NCBI GenBank assembly: GCA_963717365.1
Contig: OY970327.1
Coordinates: 139,599 to 203,598 of the forward strand
Origin: Candidatus Saccharimonadia bacterium
Lineage (GTDB): Bacteria > Patescibacteriota > Saccharimonadia > Saccharimonadales > 2-12-FULL-41-12
DNA length: 64,000 nt
Reading direction: 5' to 3'
Below, in pieces: positions 1 through 9,828 of the stretch; position 1 is the stretch's first letter; each line of letters opens with the position of its first letter. The notes under the pieces were generated by a model, which made no database searches, was not told the DNA's origin, and saw nothing but the letters and a program-made list of their open reading frames with translations. A program made the translations under genes and the position numbers.

Positions 1-28
1 CCCAGTTCGAGTCTGGGAGGAGCCACCA
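1..28 (+). tRNA. 3' fragment of a tRNA (T-arm, acceptor 3' strand, CCA), cut by the window edge
   Basis: cccag-ttcgagt-ctggg T-arm followed by aggagcc-acca. Confidence 0.6.
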
Positions 29-50
29 AGTTACAAATTAGTTTGTCGAG

Positions 51-115
51 GCGGGTGTAGCTCAGTTGCGCAGCTCTGCTGCAAAGTAATACATTTGCTC
101 TATCAACTGAGCGTG
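51..115. repeat. Duplicate of the first 18 nt of tRNA-Gly plus an inverted copy of its D-arm; not a foldable tRNA
   Basis: 51-68 gcgggtgtagctcagttg is identical to 143-160. 99-114 gctctatcaactgagc is the reverse complement of the tRNA D-arm. Confidence 0.5.
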
Positions 116-142
116 AACCTTAACAGTCAAGAATATGCACAT

Positions 143-218
143 GCGGGTGTAGCTCAGTTGATAGAGCGCATCCTTGCCAAGGATGAGGCCACGAGTTTGA
201 GTCTCGTCACCCGCACCA
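143..218 (+). tRNA. tRNA-Gly(GCC)
   Basis: Cloverleaf by eye: acceptor gcgggtg/cacccgc, D-arm gctc..gagc, anticodon stem catcc/ggatg with loop ttGCCaa, T-arm acgag-tttgagt-ctcgt, CCA. Confidence 0.9.
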
Positions 219-323
219 AATAAATTGCAGAACATGACCTCAAGAAAACGTCGAGTAAATCGGCGTTTTTTGCTTTCACCCAAACTAGGACTCTAACTAA
301 TATTATTTGATACACTTAAAGTA

Positions 324-680
324 ATGAAATTTATGTTAGCTATGTTCACTATTCCTGATGACGGCTCTGGCTTATCAGAGGCAGAAATTAAGGCTATTGA
401 AGACAAACATGCAATATTCCGTGATAAGCATGAAAAACAGAATATTTTGATTAACGGCTCTGGACTTGTGTATAGAAATATGAGCAAATCCGTAGAAATA
501 ATCGAAGGCAGCGTACATACCAATAGAGCGAGTGATGATGGAAGCAAACCGGAAATGACTGCATATTATATTGTTGAATGTATAGACCAAGAGCAAGCTG
601 AAACTATAGCTAAAGAATTATTAGATGACCATGTAATCCGCGTTGAGGTAAGAGAGATTCATCACTCAACCGGATTTTGA
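324..680 (+). CDS. Small protein, possibly YCII-related domain
   Basis: 118-aa ORF. The C-terminal pattern AYYIVEC..EQAETIAKEL...IRVEVREIH resembles YciI-like proteins. Confidence 0.4.
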   Translation: MKFMLAMFTIPDDGSGLSEAEIKAIEDKHAIFRDKHEKQNILINGSGLVYRNMSKSVEIIEGSVHTNRASDDGSKPEMTAYYIVECIDQEQAETIAKELLDDHVIRVEVREIHHSTGF

Positions 681-988
681 TAATAAGCTGTCGGATAAAT
701 TGAACTGATTTACGAGTTCTTTAAGTTTATAAACGTCTACTCCATCATCAGTGTTGGTTAGAAATATGCCAGCTATCCGGCACCATTCGCAACTTTGAGC
801 CCATTCAGGGCTCTTTTTTTTCTGTTAGTTTTCGGGTTTTAACATCTCCAATTCCTGAAAAAAGGAGATGAGACTAAAAAGCTAGAAAGCTAGCCATTTA
901 ACGGAGAGGTTAATTCTAATATGAATAGGTTTTAACATGCTTAGAAGCATTCAACCACCTCGTTTTAAGAGAATGTTATTATTGGGCT

Positions 989-1546
989 ATGCAAATTCTC
1001 ATATACGGCGCTCCTGGCGCAGGCAAAACTACTGCTAGCAAATTACTTAACAGTAAAACTGGCATTGAACTGTACGAGGGCGATTATTTGAGAGAGGTCA
1101 AACGACCAAACGAAGTTGGTGATTCCAAAGACCCGTTTTTATATATCGGTACAAAACAAGCATGGCGACTATTTGGCGGGCTGAATAGTGAGAATGCAGC
1201 CAAAGGTCTACGAGCCGTGCGTAAAAGCATGTGCCCGTATATAGACAAAGAGCTTGCAGAACGACCTAATGTGATTTTTGAAGCAGCCTTTTTAGACCCT
1301 AATGTACAACAAAATAGTGAATTATATCTTGTGGTTACAGATGATGAGTATAAACATCGGGAGCAGTTTTTTCGTGATAGGAAGTTTTTCCACCCACAAT
1401 ATGGGAGCACTGAACTTGAAGAAGGTTTCAGAGCAAGCAGGTTAATTCAAGACTATCTCATTGATGAATCAAAAAGACTTAAAGTGACGCTTATTTATAA
1501 TGACAAGAACCAGGAGGGGCTACTTAGCCAGTTTAAGAATCTCTAA
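989..1546 (+). CDS. P-loop NTPase / small-molecule kinase-like protein
   Basis: Walker A GAPGAGKTT at the N-terminus, 185 aa. Confidence 0.5.
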   Translation: MQILIYGAPGAGKTTASKLLNSKTGIELYEGDYLREVKRPNEVGDSKDPFLYIGTKQAWRLFGGLNSENAAKGLRAVRKSMCPYIDKELAERPNVIFEAAFLDPNVQQNSELYLVVTDDEYKHREQFFRDRKFFHPQYGSTELEEGFRASRLIQDYLIDESKRLKVTLIYNDKNQEGLLSQFKNL

Positions 1547-1547
1547 G

Positions 1548-1583
1548 AAGTAGCGTTTTAATTTCGTAGCTTAAAGCGCACCA
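1548..1583 (+). repeat. About 36-bp intergenic direct repeat, copy 1
   Basis: aagtagcgttttaatttcgtagcttaaagcgcacca differs from copy 2 at one position. Confidence 0.8.
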
Positions 1584-1596
1584 CGCTGAAACCAAA

Positions 1597-1621
1597 GAGA
1601 CGCTTATACGGCGTCTTTTTC
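1597..1621 (+). terminator. Intrinsic terminator
   Basis: gagacgc-ttatacg-gcgtctt hairpin followed by a T-run. Confidence 0.6.
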
Positions 1622-1721
1622 AATATATAACTATTTTTAACTACCTAACCACACAGGAATAATATAAATTGACATAAATATACAACGGTAGTATAATATA
1701 CCTAAATGTTTAGGAGATTTA

Positions 1722-1985
1722 ATGTTTGATGTTCTAAAAGACTCGCTTAATAGCTGGAATGTTCAAAAGAGCGAACGACAAAAGCTACAGCATGTTTATT
1801 TAGCTTTGACTGTATTTGTAGTATTGCTTGCAGGAACTATAAGCCTATTTGATGGTGAGTTGGGTCATAATATAGTACTTATAGCACTCGTTGCTATTGC
1901 AGCTTTTTTTATCAATTCGATTGTTTGGAATCTTTTACAGTCTTCACTCCTTGATAAGCTATCTACCAAGCCAAAAAGAAAATAA
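1722..1985 (+). CDS. Small membrane protein (2 predicted TM segments)
   Basis: 87-aa ORF with hydrophobic stretches, preceded by taggag. Confidence 0.4.
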   Translation: MFDVLKDSLNSWNVQKSERQKLQHVYLALTVFVVLLAGTISLFDGELGHNIVLIALVAIAAFFINSIVWNLLQSSLLDKLSTKPKRK

Positions 1986-2050
1986 GCTTACGCAGCTAAA
2001 TAGGAACGCAGGTGTTTTTATATTTCTGCAGATTTCTGGTATTTTCTAAT

Positions 2051-2086
2051 AAGTAGCGTTTTAATTTCGTAGCTTATAGCGCACCA
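2051..2086 (+). repeat. About 36-bp intergenic direct repeat, copy 2
   Basis: aagtagcgttttaatttcgtagcttatagcgcacca. Confidence 0.8.
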
Positions 2087-2112
2087 AAATTGTTCAAGAG
2101 AACCACTTCTGT

Positions 2113-2139
2113 AAAACGCTGAGAAAATCAGCGTTTTTT
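2113..2139 (+). terminator. Intrinsic terminator
   Basis: aaaacgctga-gaaaa-tcagcgtttttt. Confidence 0.6.
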
Positions 2140-2195
2140 CTTTATACACTAAGGAGGACGCTAACCCCAAGGTATTAAGTGATAATATAAAGCAT

Positions 2196-2654
2196 ATGAA
2201 ATCAAAAAAATCTAATCTAATAAGGATGGATAACGTCGGCATTGTGGTGGAATCCCTTGATGACGCCATTTCTTTTTTCACTGAGCTTGGCTTAAAGCTT
2301 GAAGGTCGTGCAATGATAGAAGGGGAATGGGCTGGACGTGTCACAGGATTAGGCGACCAGAAAGTGGAGATTGCTATGATGGTTACCCCCGATGGACATA
2401 GCAAATTGGAACTATCCCGTTTCATTAGTCCATCCGTTGTTGCCGACCATCGCAATGCTCACGTGAATGCTCTTGGCTATTTACGCACCATGTTTACCGT
2501 AGAAGACATTGACAACACGGTCTCCAGGTTACATAAGTACGGCGCAAAGCTTGTCGGTGAGATAGTTCAGTATGAGAACTCATATCGTCTGTGTTATATC
2601 CGTGGTCCTGAACAAATCCTGATTGGACTAGCAGAAGAACTAAGCGGGAAATAG
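2196..2654 (+). CDS. VOC (glyoxalase/bleomycin-resistance) family protein
   Basis: The N-terminal MDNVGIVVESLDDAISFFTELGL pattern is typical of VOC domains. Confidence 0.65.
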   Translation: MKSKKSNLIRMDNVGIVVESLDDAISFFTELGLKLEGRAMIEGEWAGRVTGLGDQKVEIAMMVTPDGHSKLELSRFISPSVVADHRNAHVNALGYLRTMFTVEDIDNTVSRLHKYGAKLVGEIVQYENSYRLCYIRGPEQILIGLAEELSGK

Positions 2655-2774
2655 GGATACGTAGGCTATTAATCAACCAATAAGGTTTTATACTCATCAA
2701 TAATGCTGCACCAAGCAAAAGCATCATCAACGAACTTTGTACCTTGTCCATTTTCTTCTGATATTATTAGTAGT

Positions 2775-3506
2775 ATGAAAACTCGGTCAACTGGAATAAG
2801 CGTAGAATCGTTTCTTGAGAGTGTAAGTGACAAAAGGCGTGAAGAAGCTCACACTTTAATTGATATGATGCAAAAAATATCCAATGAAAAACCGTATATG
2901 TGGGGGTCAAGTATAATTGGTTTTGGCTCAATGCATTATAAATATGACACAGGGCGTGAGGGAGATATGCCCCAGCTTGCTTTTAGCCCACGCAAAGCTA
3001 GCATAACGGTTTATTTTGAGGGATTTGATAGATATGCTGATGAGCTGGCAGCTTTAGGCAAACACAAGCATAGCGTATCGTGTTTATATATAAATAAGCT
3101 TGCTGATGTTAATCTCGATATTTTGCGCAAAATGCTCGAGCAATCATTTGCCCTTGCCACTAAGTCATCTATCAAACCGACAACTGTCGATCAATATATT
3201 GTTAGTGTTCCTGTGGCCTCGCGCCCAAAATTTGATGAACTGCGTCAGATAGTTAGAGATGCTGTGCCGAATGCAAAAGAGGTCTTAAGTTATGGAATAG
3301 TCGGTTACAAAATCGATGACAAACGAGCCCGTGTATTCATTTCAGGCTGGAAAGATCATGTGGCTATGTACCCCGTTCCTCGTGGCAAAGAGCTGCAAAC
3401 AACGCTAGCTCCTTACATAAAAGGCAAAGGTACTTTGTGGTTTAGACTAGATGAGCCTTTGCCAAAATCACTTGTAAAAAAGGCAGTTGAAGCGTTGGTA
3501 TCTTAA
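2775..3506 (+). CDS. Tandem DUF1801 (YdhG-like) domain protein
   Basis: MWGSSIIGFGSMHYKYDTGREGDMPQLAFSPRKASITVYF, plus a second DUF1801-like half. ATG at 2775 chosen over the upstream in-frame start. Confidence 0.55.
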   Translation: MKTRSTGISVESFLESVSDKRREEAHTLIDMMQKISNEKPYMWGSSIIGFGSMHYKYDTGREGDMPQLAFSPRKASITVYFEGFDRYADELAALGKHKHSVSCLYINKLADVNLDILRKMLEQSFALATKSSIKPTTVDQYIVSVPVASRPKFDELRQIVRDAVPNAKEVLSYGIVGYKIDDKRARVFISGWKDHVAMYPVPRGKELQTTLAPYIKGKGTLWFRLDEPLPKSLVKKAVEALVS

Positions 3507-3836
3507 ACAAATACATTTGGCTTGCGGGCTTATTAATAGAGCTAATTGTGTCTAGACATTTATTTCTATCTGTTTAATTATAAAAGATCCGGCGAGGTCA
3601 AAACCGGTTCGTTCGCTTGATGTAACTTTCTCCATCTTTAATTAGTTGTTGCATCTGTTATTGTATGCTTAAATACAGGTAAAGCGGTCGTCCCACTGCA
3701 ACCATGCGCTGCTCATTCGGCGAACAACATGGACGGACACACGGGACCACCGAAGACGAATGGGTAGGCTTGCGCCGCTCAGGGTATCGTCGAACCCAAG
3801 CGGCGACAGGCTCTTATCAATTAACAAAGGGACACT

Positions 3837-4025
3837 ATGCAAAAACAAGGCAAAAGTACCCAAGACTACGAAAAGGACTACGACTACAGTCACGAGAATA
3901 GCCTGAAACACTGGCGCTCGTGGGGTTCGTGGTTTAGCTGGGGCAGCCCAGTTGGTCTAGGCCTGTTCTTCATTTCCATCGCGGTAACGCTCTGGATTCT
4001 AAGCCAGGCCTTCGGTTGGAAGTAA
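3837..4025 (+). CDS. Small Trp-rich single-TM protein
   Basis: 62-aa ORF with aaggga RBS and a C-terminal TM segment, followed by a terminator at 4043-4075. Confidence 0.35.
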   Translation: MQKQGKSTQDYEKDYDYSHENSLKHWRSWGSWFSWGSPVGLGLFFISIAVTLWILSQAFGWK

Positions 4026-4042
4026 TACTTCCCAGAAGTCAA

Positions 4043-4075
4043 ACAGCACTGTCACCAAAGGCGGTGCTGTTTTTA
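4043..4075 (+). terminator. Intrinsic terminator
   Basis: acagcac-(14 nt)-gtgctgt followed by ttttt. Confidence 0.6.
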
Positions 4076-4160
4076 ATTATGTCAGAGCCCCATCCTTAGT
4101 TTAGCGTAAATATCCCCAACCTTCTTACGATAAACAGCTGTTAGCAAAAAGCGCAGATCA

Positions 4161-4952
4161 CTAAGCTTTATATTGGTGCATAGTAAGGCAAGCTTCGCCG
4201 AGTGCTACCGTCAGACCTCTAGTTTCAGCTAGTGATGCCAAACCATGTTGCAGCGCTTCGATAGGTGGTTCAGCCGGCTCTCCAGGAGCTAGGGTTCCTA
4301 CGGAGATATGGACTTGGTAGTTTAGTAGTCTTGATCTTTGTTTACCGAGCGCGGCTTGCAGATCGACAGTTTCAAATTCGGCGATATCGGCGTCTGTTCC
4401 TTGCAACTGGATGGCTAAAAATCTTTTACGCTTGGTGGCTTCATCATCTACGCCAAAGGTTATAACTTCACCAAGTGTAGGGTATAACACTGAACGATGT
4501 TCGTTAATGGCTTGCTGGTGGGCTGTCACAATATGATTAAATTGTGTCTCCTTACCAGCTGGCCGGTTAGCGTAGTTGCGCAGATAAAGCCACTCGGATT
4601 GCGAAGCTGTTAACAACGACGCACCTAGGTCAATATCGCGGGGCATGGCTCTGCGGCCATAGGGCGACAGAGCTTTCTTTGCTAATGCGGCCAGTACTAC
4701 GCTATCCTCTCTTCTTAAGCGACGCCTAAGAGAAGCAAACTCAAATGACCCTCTGCTGTGAGGCGTTGACGGTACGATGGATTGGCGTTTTCGTGAGCGC
4801 AATTCCTTCTTGGTTAGTTTGCCTGTATGGCGCTTTGCCGGATTTAAACCGTGCCTAGGATTTTGACTCGGGACAAATTTTTCATCTGGATCAAAACCCA
4901 TCTCCCCATAGTCGTTATCGTAACGGCTATCCAAATTTTCGTAATGAGCCAT
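4161..4952 (-). CDS. Hypothetical protein
   Basis: 263-aa ORF of intermediate GC. No motif recognised with confidence. Confidence 0.5.
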   Translation of the reverse strand: MAHYENLDSRYDNDYGEMGFDPDEKFVPSQNPRHGLNPAKRHTGKLTKKELRSRKRQSIVPSTPHSRGSFEFASLRRRLRREDSVVLAALAKKALSPYGRRAMPRDIDLGASLLTASQSEWLYLRNYANRPAGKETQFNHIVTAHQQAINEHRSVLYPTLGEVITFGVDDEATKRKRFLAIQLQGTDADIAEFETVDLQAALGKQRSRLLNYQVHISVGTLAPGEPAEPPIEALQHGLASLAETRGLTVALGEACLTMHQYKA

Positions 4953-5121
4953 ATTTATTCTGTCCTATAGTTTTACTTCACTGTTAAATCGATAAATAAT
5001 TATGAACTGCTGTCGCATAAAAGTCAAAATCTATTATAAGATATTATATTCTGTGGGTTAAACATAGATGTCTGCTTTAGAAAAAGAGGTTATTTGACCT
5101 TTCTTTGCTACCATTTAATAA

Positions 5122-5694
5122 ATGAATTTTGATCAAATTGTTAAAGCAATTGCGCAGCAGCCGGTTTCACACCGACCAATCATTATTGGCATAGATGGAT
5201 TTGGTGGGTCAGGTAAATCAACCTTTGCTGAAAAATTAAAAGTTGCTTTGGGCGACGCGTACGTCGTTCCTATTGATGATTTTTTCATTAAAGATAAGGC
5301 TACTGACGCTGATAAGTCTAATTTTGACAGAGACAGGCTGGAGCGCCAGGTGCTAATGCCTATCAGAGATGGCCAGCGCGCAGTGTATCATAAGCATAGC
5401 TCTAAAACAGACACGCCAGGTGAGTCTATTTCTGTTCCAGCTGCTACATATGTAATTATTGAAGGTGTGTCATCTTATCACCCAAACATTGAACATTATT
5501 ACGACTATAAGATCTTCATTGATACCCCAGCGGAGACCGCTAAACAAAGAGGCAGCTACCGCGATAAGAAGTTGGGGGATGGTAATGATACATTATGGCC
5601 TGTCTGGACTGCAACCTACGCAGAGTATAAAGAAATATATAAACCAGATGAAAGAGCTGACTTCATTTTAGATAACAAAAAGTCTGCAGCGTAA
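5122..5694 (+). CDS. Uridine kinase / PRK-family P-loop kinase-like protein
   Basis: IIIGIDGFGGSGKSTFAEKL P-loop, 190 aa. Confidence 0.55.
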   Translation: MNFDQIVKAIAQQPVSHRPIIIGIDGFGGSGKSTFAEKLKVALGDAYVVPIDDFFIKDKATDADKSNFDRDRLERQVLMPIRDGQRAVYHKHSSKTDTPGESISVPAATYVIIEGVSSYHPNIEHYYDYKIFIDTPAETAKQRGSYRDKKLGDGNDTLWPVWTATYAEYKEIYKPDERADFILDNKKSAA

Positions 5695-5864
5695 TCTCCT
5701 GTTCCTTACGTCGCCAGAAATACTCTTAACATAGACAGCTTCGGGTATTTTTCTATGCCAACTCACTACATCTCTAGCAGTACGATATTTTAAGAGCACT
5801 ATAATTGTAGTATTGTTAAATTAGTGATATAAATAACACTAGTTTTATTTTGGAGATTATTGGT

Positions 5865-6200
5865 ATGACCTACCTAGACATAAAAGGAAACGTAACAGCA
5901 GAATTTATACCTGAAAACCCAGGCACAGAGTTAAGTGCTGGCCGTCTAATTTTTAGATCACTTAGCTCCGAAGATAATACCTTTGCACATTTTGATCTGT
6001 TTTTTAAGGTAATGGCACGATATGCTTTAAACTGCGAGCCGCCAATTAGACTAGATCGTGGCGATACCAGACTGGTGTACTATGATGCCGATCAATCCGA
6101 AATGCACCCTAATACATTTGGGATCGAAGCCACCATTCCCGAGGGTCACTTAGTAAGCGCTGATTTTTATCGCCGCCAGCCAGAACCAAGTTTACGCTAA
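5865..6200 (+). CDS. Hypothetical protein
   Basis: ORF with ggag 9 nt upstream of the ATG at 5865. Confidence 0.4.
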   Translation: MTYLDIKGNVTAEFIPENPGTELSAGRLIFRSLSSEDNTFAHFDLFFKVMARYALNCEPPIRLDRGDTRLVYYDADQSEMHPNTFGIEATIPEGHLVSADFYRRQPEPSLR

Positions 6201-6219
6201 TTAGGAGACAAGTGAAACA

Positions 6220-7056
6220 ATGAAAGAATTAACGTCATTTTACGGTTTTCCAGAAAGAGAACGAGTCTTTGAATTTGTTAATCCCGACACATTTATTCGC
6301 AGAGCTTATGCGGAAACTGATTTAGCTGCTCTAGAACCAGATCCTGATACCTCAAAGTTTGTACTGTATGCTTCCCAACTAGCAATTGCAGTCCATCGCT
6401 CCCAAGAAGTTAGAGACCTAGAAGAAGTTAACGATGAAGACGAGACAGTACAGGATAGCGGAATACCCGAGGATACCGTAGACGTTGGAAACTTAAAAAT
6501 GCCTGTTTCTATATGGAGCCAACTTAACGAAGCCATGACCTGGCTTGACTCTATGCCTGTTATTGAAGACGATGTTCCCCAGGAGAAGCGGCCTGAGTGG
6601 TATAGAAACTCTAGTGGACGCCTCGTTTTAAATAACCCGGCGGTGTCTGCTCAAATTGCGGCCTGGGATAAAGAACCGGAGCCCTACCACCCATACAAAG
6701 GTTATTACCTGAGCATTGAACTTGAACACCTTGCAGCAGCAATTGCTGGTGATCCAAGAATGATTCAAAGCTGGGATGAAGGATTTGCATCCAGGCGAGC
6801 AACGCCCGATTACAGAGCTCGTTACGACGATTTTTTCGCTCCAGACTTTTACTTAAAAACTGCTGACGCCGACCTCCGACTAGACATGACGCAGTACGGC
6901 GAACAACGTCGTCGCATCGGACATCATGCGCTGACAGGGATTCTTGAGCAATATGGCCCCGGAACAAGGCAGAGACTGGCACGAGAAATACCCCGGCAGA
7001 TTAAAGCAGATGCTGAGCTAGCCCAACGAATTATATTTAGATCGCTTGATCCTTAA
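6220..7056 (+). CDS. Hypothetical protein
   Basis: 278-aa ORF with ggagac RBS. Confidence 0.5.
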   Translation: MKELTSFYGFPERERVFEFVNPDTFIRRAYAETDLAALEPDPDTSKFVLYASQLAIAVHRSQEVRDLEEVNDEDETVQDSGIPEDTVDVGNLKMPVSIWSQLNEAMTWLDSMPVIEDDVPQEKRPEWYRNSSGRLVLNNPAVSAQIAAWDKEPEPYHPYKGYYLSIELEHLAAAIAGDPRMIQSWDEGFASRRATPDYRARYDDFFAPDFYLKTADADLRLDMTQYGEQRRRIGHHALTGILEQYGPGTRQRLAREIPRQIKADAELAQRIIFRSLDP

Positions 7057-7179
7057 GAGTTTCGTACCATACCCATTGACTTCAATATTATCCGGCCAGA
7101 AGACTTTTTCTAGGTAAAGCCGTTAAGCTTTTTGCTTATGCTTGCAAATGCCTATAGTGTTCTTTATATTTGCTAGTCT

Positions 7180-7689
7180 ATGGCTGAAGCAAAAGAAGCT
7201 AGAAGGGGTAACATAATTATCCCAGACTTAATCGATGATTTTCGAGAACTCACAGAGCTCAATGCCTTTATGGAGGGTCATAATTTTAACGGTGCGACGG
7301 AGTTTAAGCGCAATGAATTATCAGACGCAATAGGAGCAAAAATAGTAGGGCGCACGATTGAAGTGGTTGAACTTCCTATTGCAAGAGAAACTAATGAACG
7401 AGCTATAGAACATATAACATTAGCTAATACATTACAGATTGAATCGTTAGCTAAAGCTGTAGGAAACTATAACTCCAGCAGACGCTTACACCCTGCCACG
7501 GGCAGAGAGTACGTCTGCCATGATTTTTTCAGATATCGACGGCATAGCCGCCAAAATAAAGTGGAAGCAATTGATAAAGTTCGAAGTAATATAGTGGCCC
7601 GGCCTCGAATAGCTTTGTTTGATAGGGCATGGATAAGACTGGTTAACGCTGATGGCGAACAGCTGGTCGACATAACAATTACGGATTAG
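7180..7689 (+). CDS. Hypothetical protein
   Basis: 169-aa ORF. Confidence 0.45.
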   Translation: MAEAKEARRGNIIIPDLIDDFRELTELNAFMEGHNFNGATEFKRNELSDAIGAKIVGRTIEVVELPIARETNERAIEHITLANTLQIESLAKAVGNYNSSRRLHPATGREYVCHDFFRYRRHSRQNKVEAIDKVRSNIVARPRIALFDRAWIRLVNADGEQLVDITITD

Positions 7690-7760
7690 GATTAGTCATC
7701 TCTTTACCTCACTACCACGAAATATAAAGGCTCTACCACCTCTTTTGTTACCATTAGATT

Positions 7761-8288
7761 ATGAAACCTTCCATTTACAACATTTCTATTCCCAAATATA
7801 AACCTGGCGAAGTCCCTGATCATACCGCTGTGGGTGCAAAACTGGATAGCTTGCTTGTACAACACTATATTGGCAGAGAAGTAGTGATCCGATGCATTGG
7901 TAGCCAAGATCACTCTGGCTTAACCTTGGATCAATTAACGGAAATCGTGGTTGAAACCGGAACCGATAAATACGATGTCTCGCTCATGGGAGTTGGCTAT
8001 GAGGAGTTTGTAAAGAGAGGCATCCACGTAGATTTTTACGGTGAAGAGGTAAAAATAACCGAAAATCTTAACTTTATGCCTCAACAAATCTGGGAAATGC
8101 ACCATAGCGCTATTGGTGACCGAGGCTATGGCGTGCATGTGGACCTTATCTTAATTTATGACGAAGCTCAACTTGATATGGTAATGAATTTATATACGCA
8201 TCATGAAACAAGTGACGGATATACGTTTAAAGACCCTGCTAATAAACCAGCTGCCTTGCTTGGGGTAATTAAAGTATCAACTGATTAA
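7761..8288 (+). CDS. Hypothetical protein
   Basis: 175-aa ORF. Confidence 0.45.
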   Translation: MKPSIYNISIPKYKPGEVPDHTAVGAKLDSLLVQHYIGREVVIRCIGSQDHSGLTLDQLTEIVVETGTDKYDVSLMGVGYEEFVKRGIHVDFYGEEVKITENLNFMPQQIWEMHHSAIGDRGYGVHVDLILIYDEAQLDMVMNLYTHHETSDGYTFKDPANKPAALLGVIKVSTD

Positions 8289-9147
8289 TACGCGCCAGGG
8301 TTTCGGCTGCTTCTTTTACTTCACCAGATTCTAGCTCCTCTACATAGTCGCTTAGTTCTTCAACGGCTCGCCACATTATGGCTTGGGCTATATCAACATG
8401 AATACCGGTCCTTTGCTCGTATAAGCCAGTAGCTTGGTGAAGCAAATTCCTTTGCATCAACTCGCTGGTTGCAAATTCACGAGCTAACGGAGCAATACAG
8501 ACGTCTGTCCAGTCAATAATCCCGCTAATCCTCTTTGAATCTGGGTCAACCAATAAATTATGAAACTGCAAATCGTTATGAATAAAGCGCTCCTGTAGTT
8601 TGATCTTATCAAGTGACTTAACTTGCTGGATTGTTGCTTGAGCGAAATCTAATATCTTCTGGTCAATACCCTTAAGTAATAATATTTTTTCAGCTGCACT
8701 GGTATCAAAACCATCAAAATCAGGCACGCCAAGCCGACGTGCTTCGTCAACAGTTATTGCCGTATGGATGGTGCTCGCGGCAGTAATCCAATCTTCTAGC
8801 AGATGCTCCCAATCATCCTTTTCAAAGTTTGCCGCTGCTTTCTCTAAGATTATGCCGTTAAGTTTTGGATAACCAAAGTAGGATTTATCTGGAGCAATAT
8901 ACTGTGGATCAGGAATAGTAATAGACAACTTGTTTTGCAGGCGGCGCAGTATCCCGGTTTCGTAGTGAACAGTGCTCGATAAGTCTTTAACATGTACTTC
9001 TCGCGGCAGCCTGAAAATAATAGTATCATTTACTTCCAGAGCTACATGGTGCCAGCCAACACCAATGAGTTGAATCGATTTTATATTAAGCGTAGAAAAA
9101 TCTGCCGCCAATTTTGATTTATATTTTTGAATTTGATCCTCATTCAT
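8269..9147 (-). CDS. Aminoglycoside/choline-kinase-type phosphotransferase (APH family)
   Basis: Catalytic motif HNDLQFHNLLV and IIDWTD. Confidence 0.7.
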   Translation of the reverse strand: MNEDQIQKYKSKLAADFSTLNIKSIQLIGVGWHHVALEVNDTIIFRLPREVHVKDLSSTVHYETGILRRLQNKLSITIPDPQYIAPDKSYFGYPKLNGIILEKAAANFEKDDWEHLLEDWITAASTIHTAITVDEARRLGVPDFDGFDTSAAEKILLLKGIDQKILDFAQATIQQVKSLDKIKLQERFIHNDLQFHNLLVDPDSKRISGIIDWTDVCIAPLAREFATSELMQRNLLHQATGLYEQRTGIHVDIAQAIMWRAVEELSDYVEELESGEVKEAAETLARINQLIL

Positions 9148-9369
9148 CGCCTACCATCATAGCAGGCGACTTGTGATATTTTGTATGTAAAAACGGACAG
9201 CTAGTACTTGTTCCTACTAGCCATATGAATAAACAAAGGCACTTATACCATGAGTGTATGTAAACTGATTAGCATCCCCCTGTTATTACCTGTAAGTATC
9301 TCGTAACCTTCCTACGATTCATACTTGGGTATTTACATTTCATTTCTACTGTGATAAAATTAAAATATT

Positions 9370-9828
9370 ATGAATAACATGATGTCGAGGGAAGCAGCTG
9401 AAGAAAATCTAAGGATGTTCTTTAAAAATACGTCAGCAAACGAAGTATCCGTAGAAGATGTCTATGCTGCCGCAGACCGACTTCAGTATCCCGAAGCCCA
9501 GAATAAGTCATGGTTGGGTAATAAGCTATGGTCAATGGGTTCTTATAACTTTATAAAGAGAAACTACGGCCTACGAAACAGTAAAAAGCAGCTTAAGAGC
9601 CTCTCATTGACTGAGGAAGGCATGAAAGTACTTCGACGACCTGGAACACCACAAGAGCTTTTCCCACCTGTAAATAACTTTAGAACTGTCCCTAGCGGTA
9701 ATTCTCAACCTGTAACTCTTCAGACTGTAACAGATATAGCAGATGAATTTCATAAGCAGAATCCTAGCTGGGTGATTAGAGTAATACCTGAGAGAGTTAA
9801 AGAGGAGGCGCCTAGATTAACAGAGTGA
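9370..9828 (+). CDS. Hypothetical protein
   Basis: 152-aa ORF. Confidence 0.4.
   Translation: MNNMMSREAAEENLRMFFKNTSANEVSVEDVYAAADRLQYPEAQNKSWLGNKLWSMGSYNFIKRNYGLRNSKKQLKSLSLTEEGMKVLRRPGTPQELFPPVNNFRTVPSGNSQPVTLQTVTDIADEFHKQNPSWVIRVIPERVKEEAPRLTE

Noticed and set aside
62-283. 73-aa minus-strand ORF
   Set aside because: It overlaps tRNA-Gly and the tRNA-fragment repeat, so it is an artefact.
354-390. CUGAUGA heptamer at 354-360 followed by an AGAAA, checked as a possible sixth hammerhead
   Set aside because: No proper stem II closing pair, no stem III / U-H partner and no stem I hairpin could be drawn. It lies inside a coding ORF. Other tcatcag/ctgatga hits (for example about 10120 and about 10175) also lack GAAA and the stems.
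4161-4952. Possible 2H-phosphoesterase/LigT (RNA 2',3'-cyclic phosphate enzyme) assignment for the 263-aa ORF, which would have linked it to the ribozyme products
   Set aside because: Only one H-x-S/T-x motif (VHISVG) is present. The second candidate (NHIVTA) does not fit, so the evidence is insufficient.
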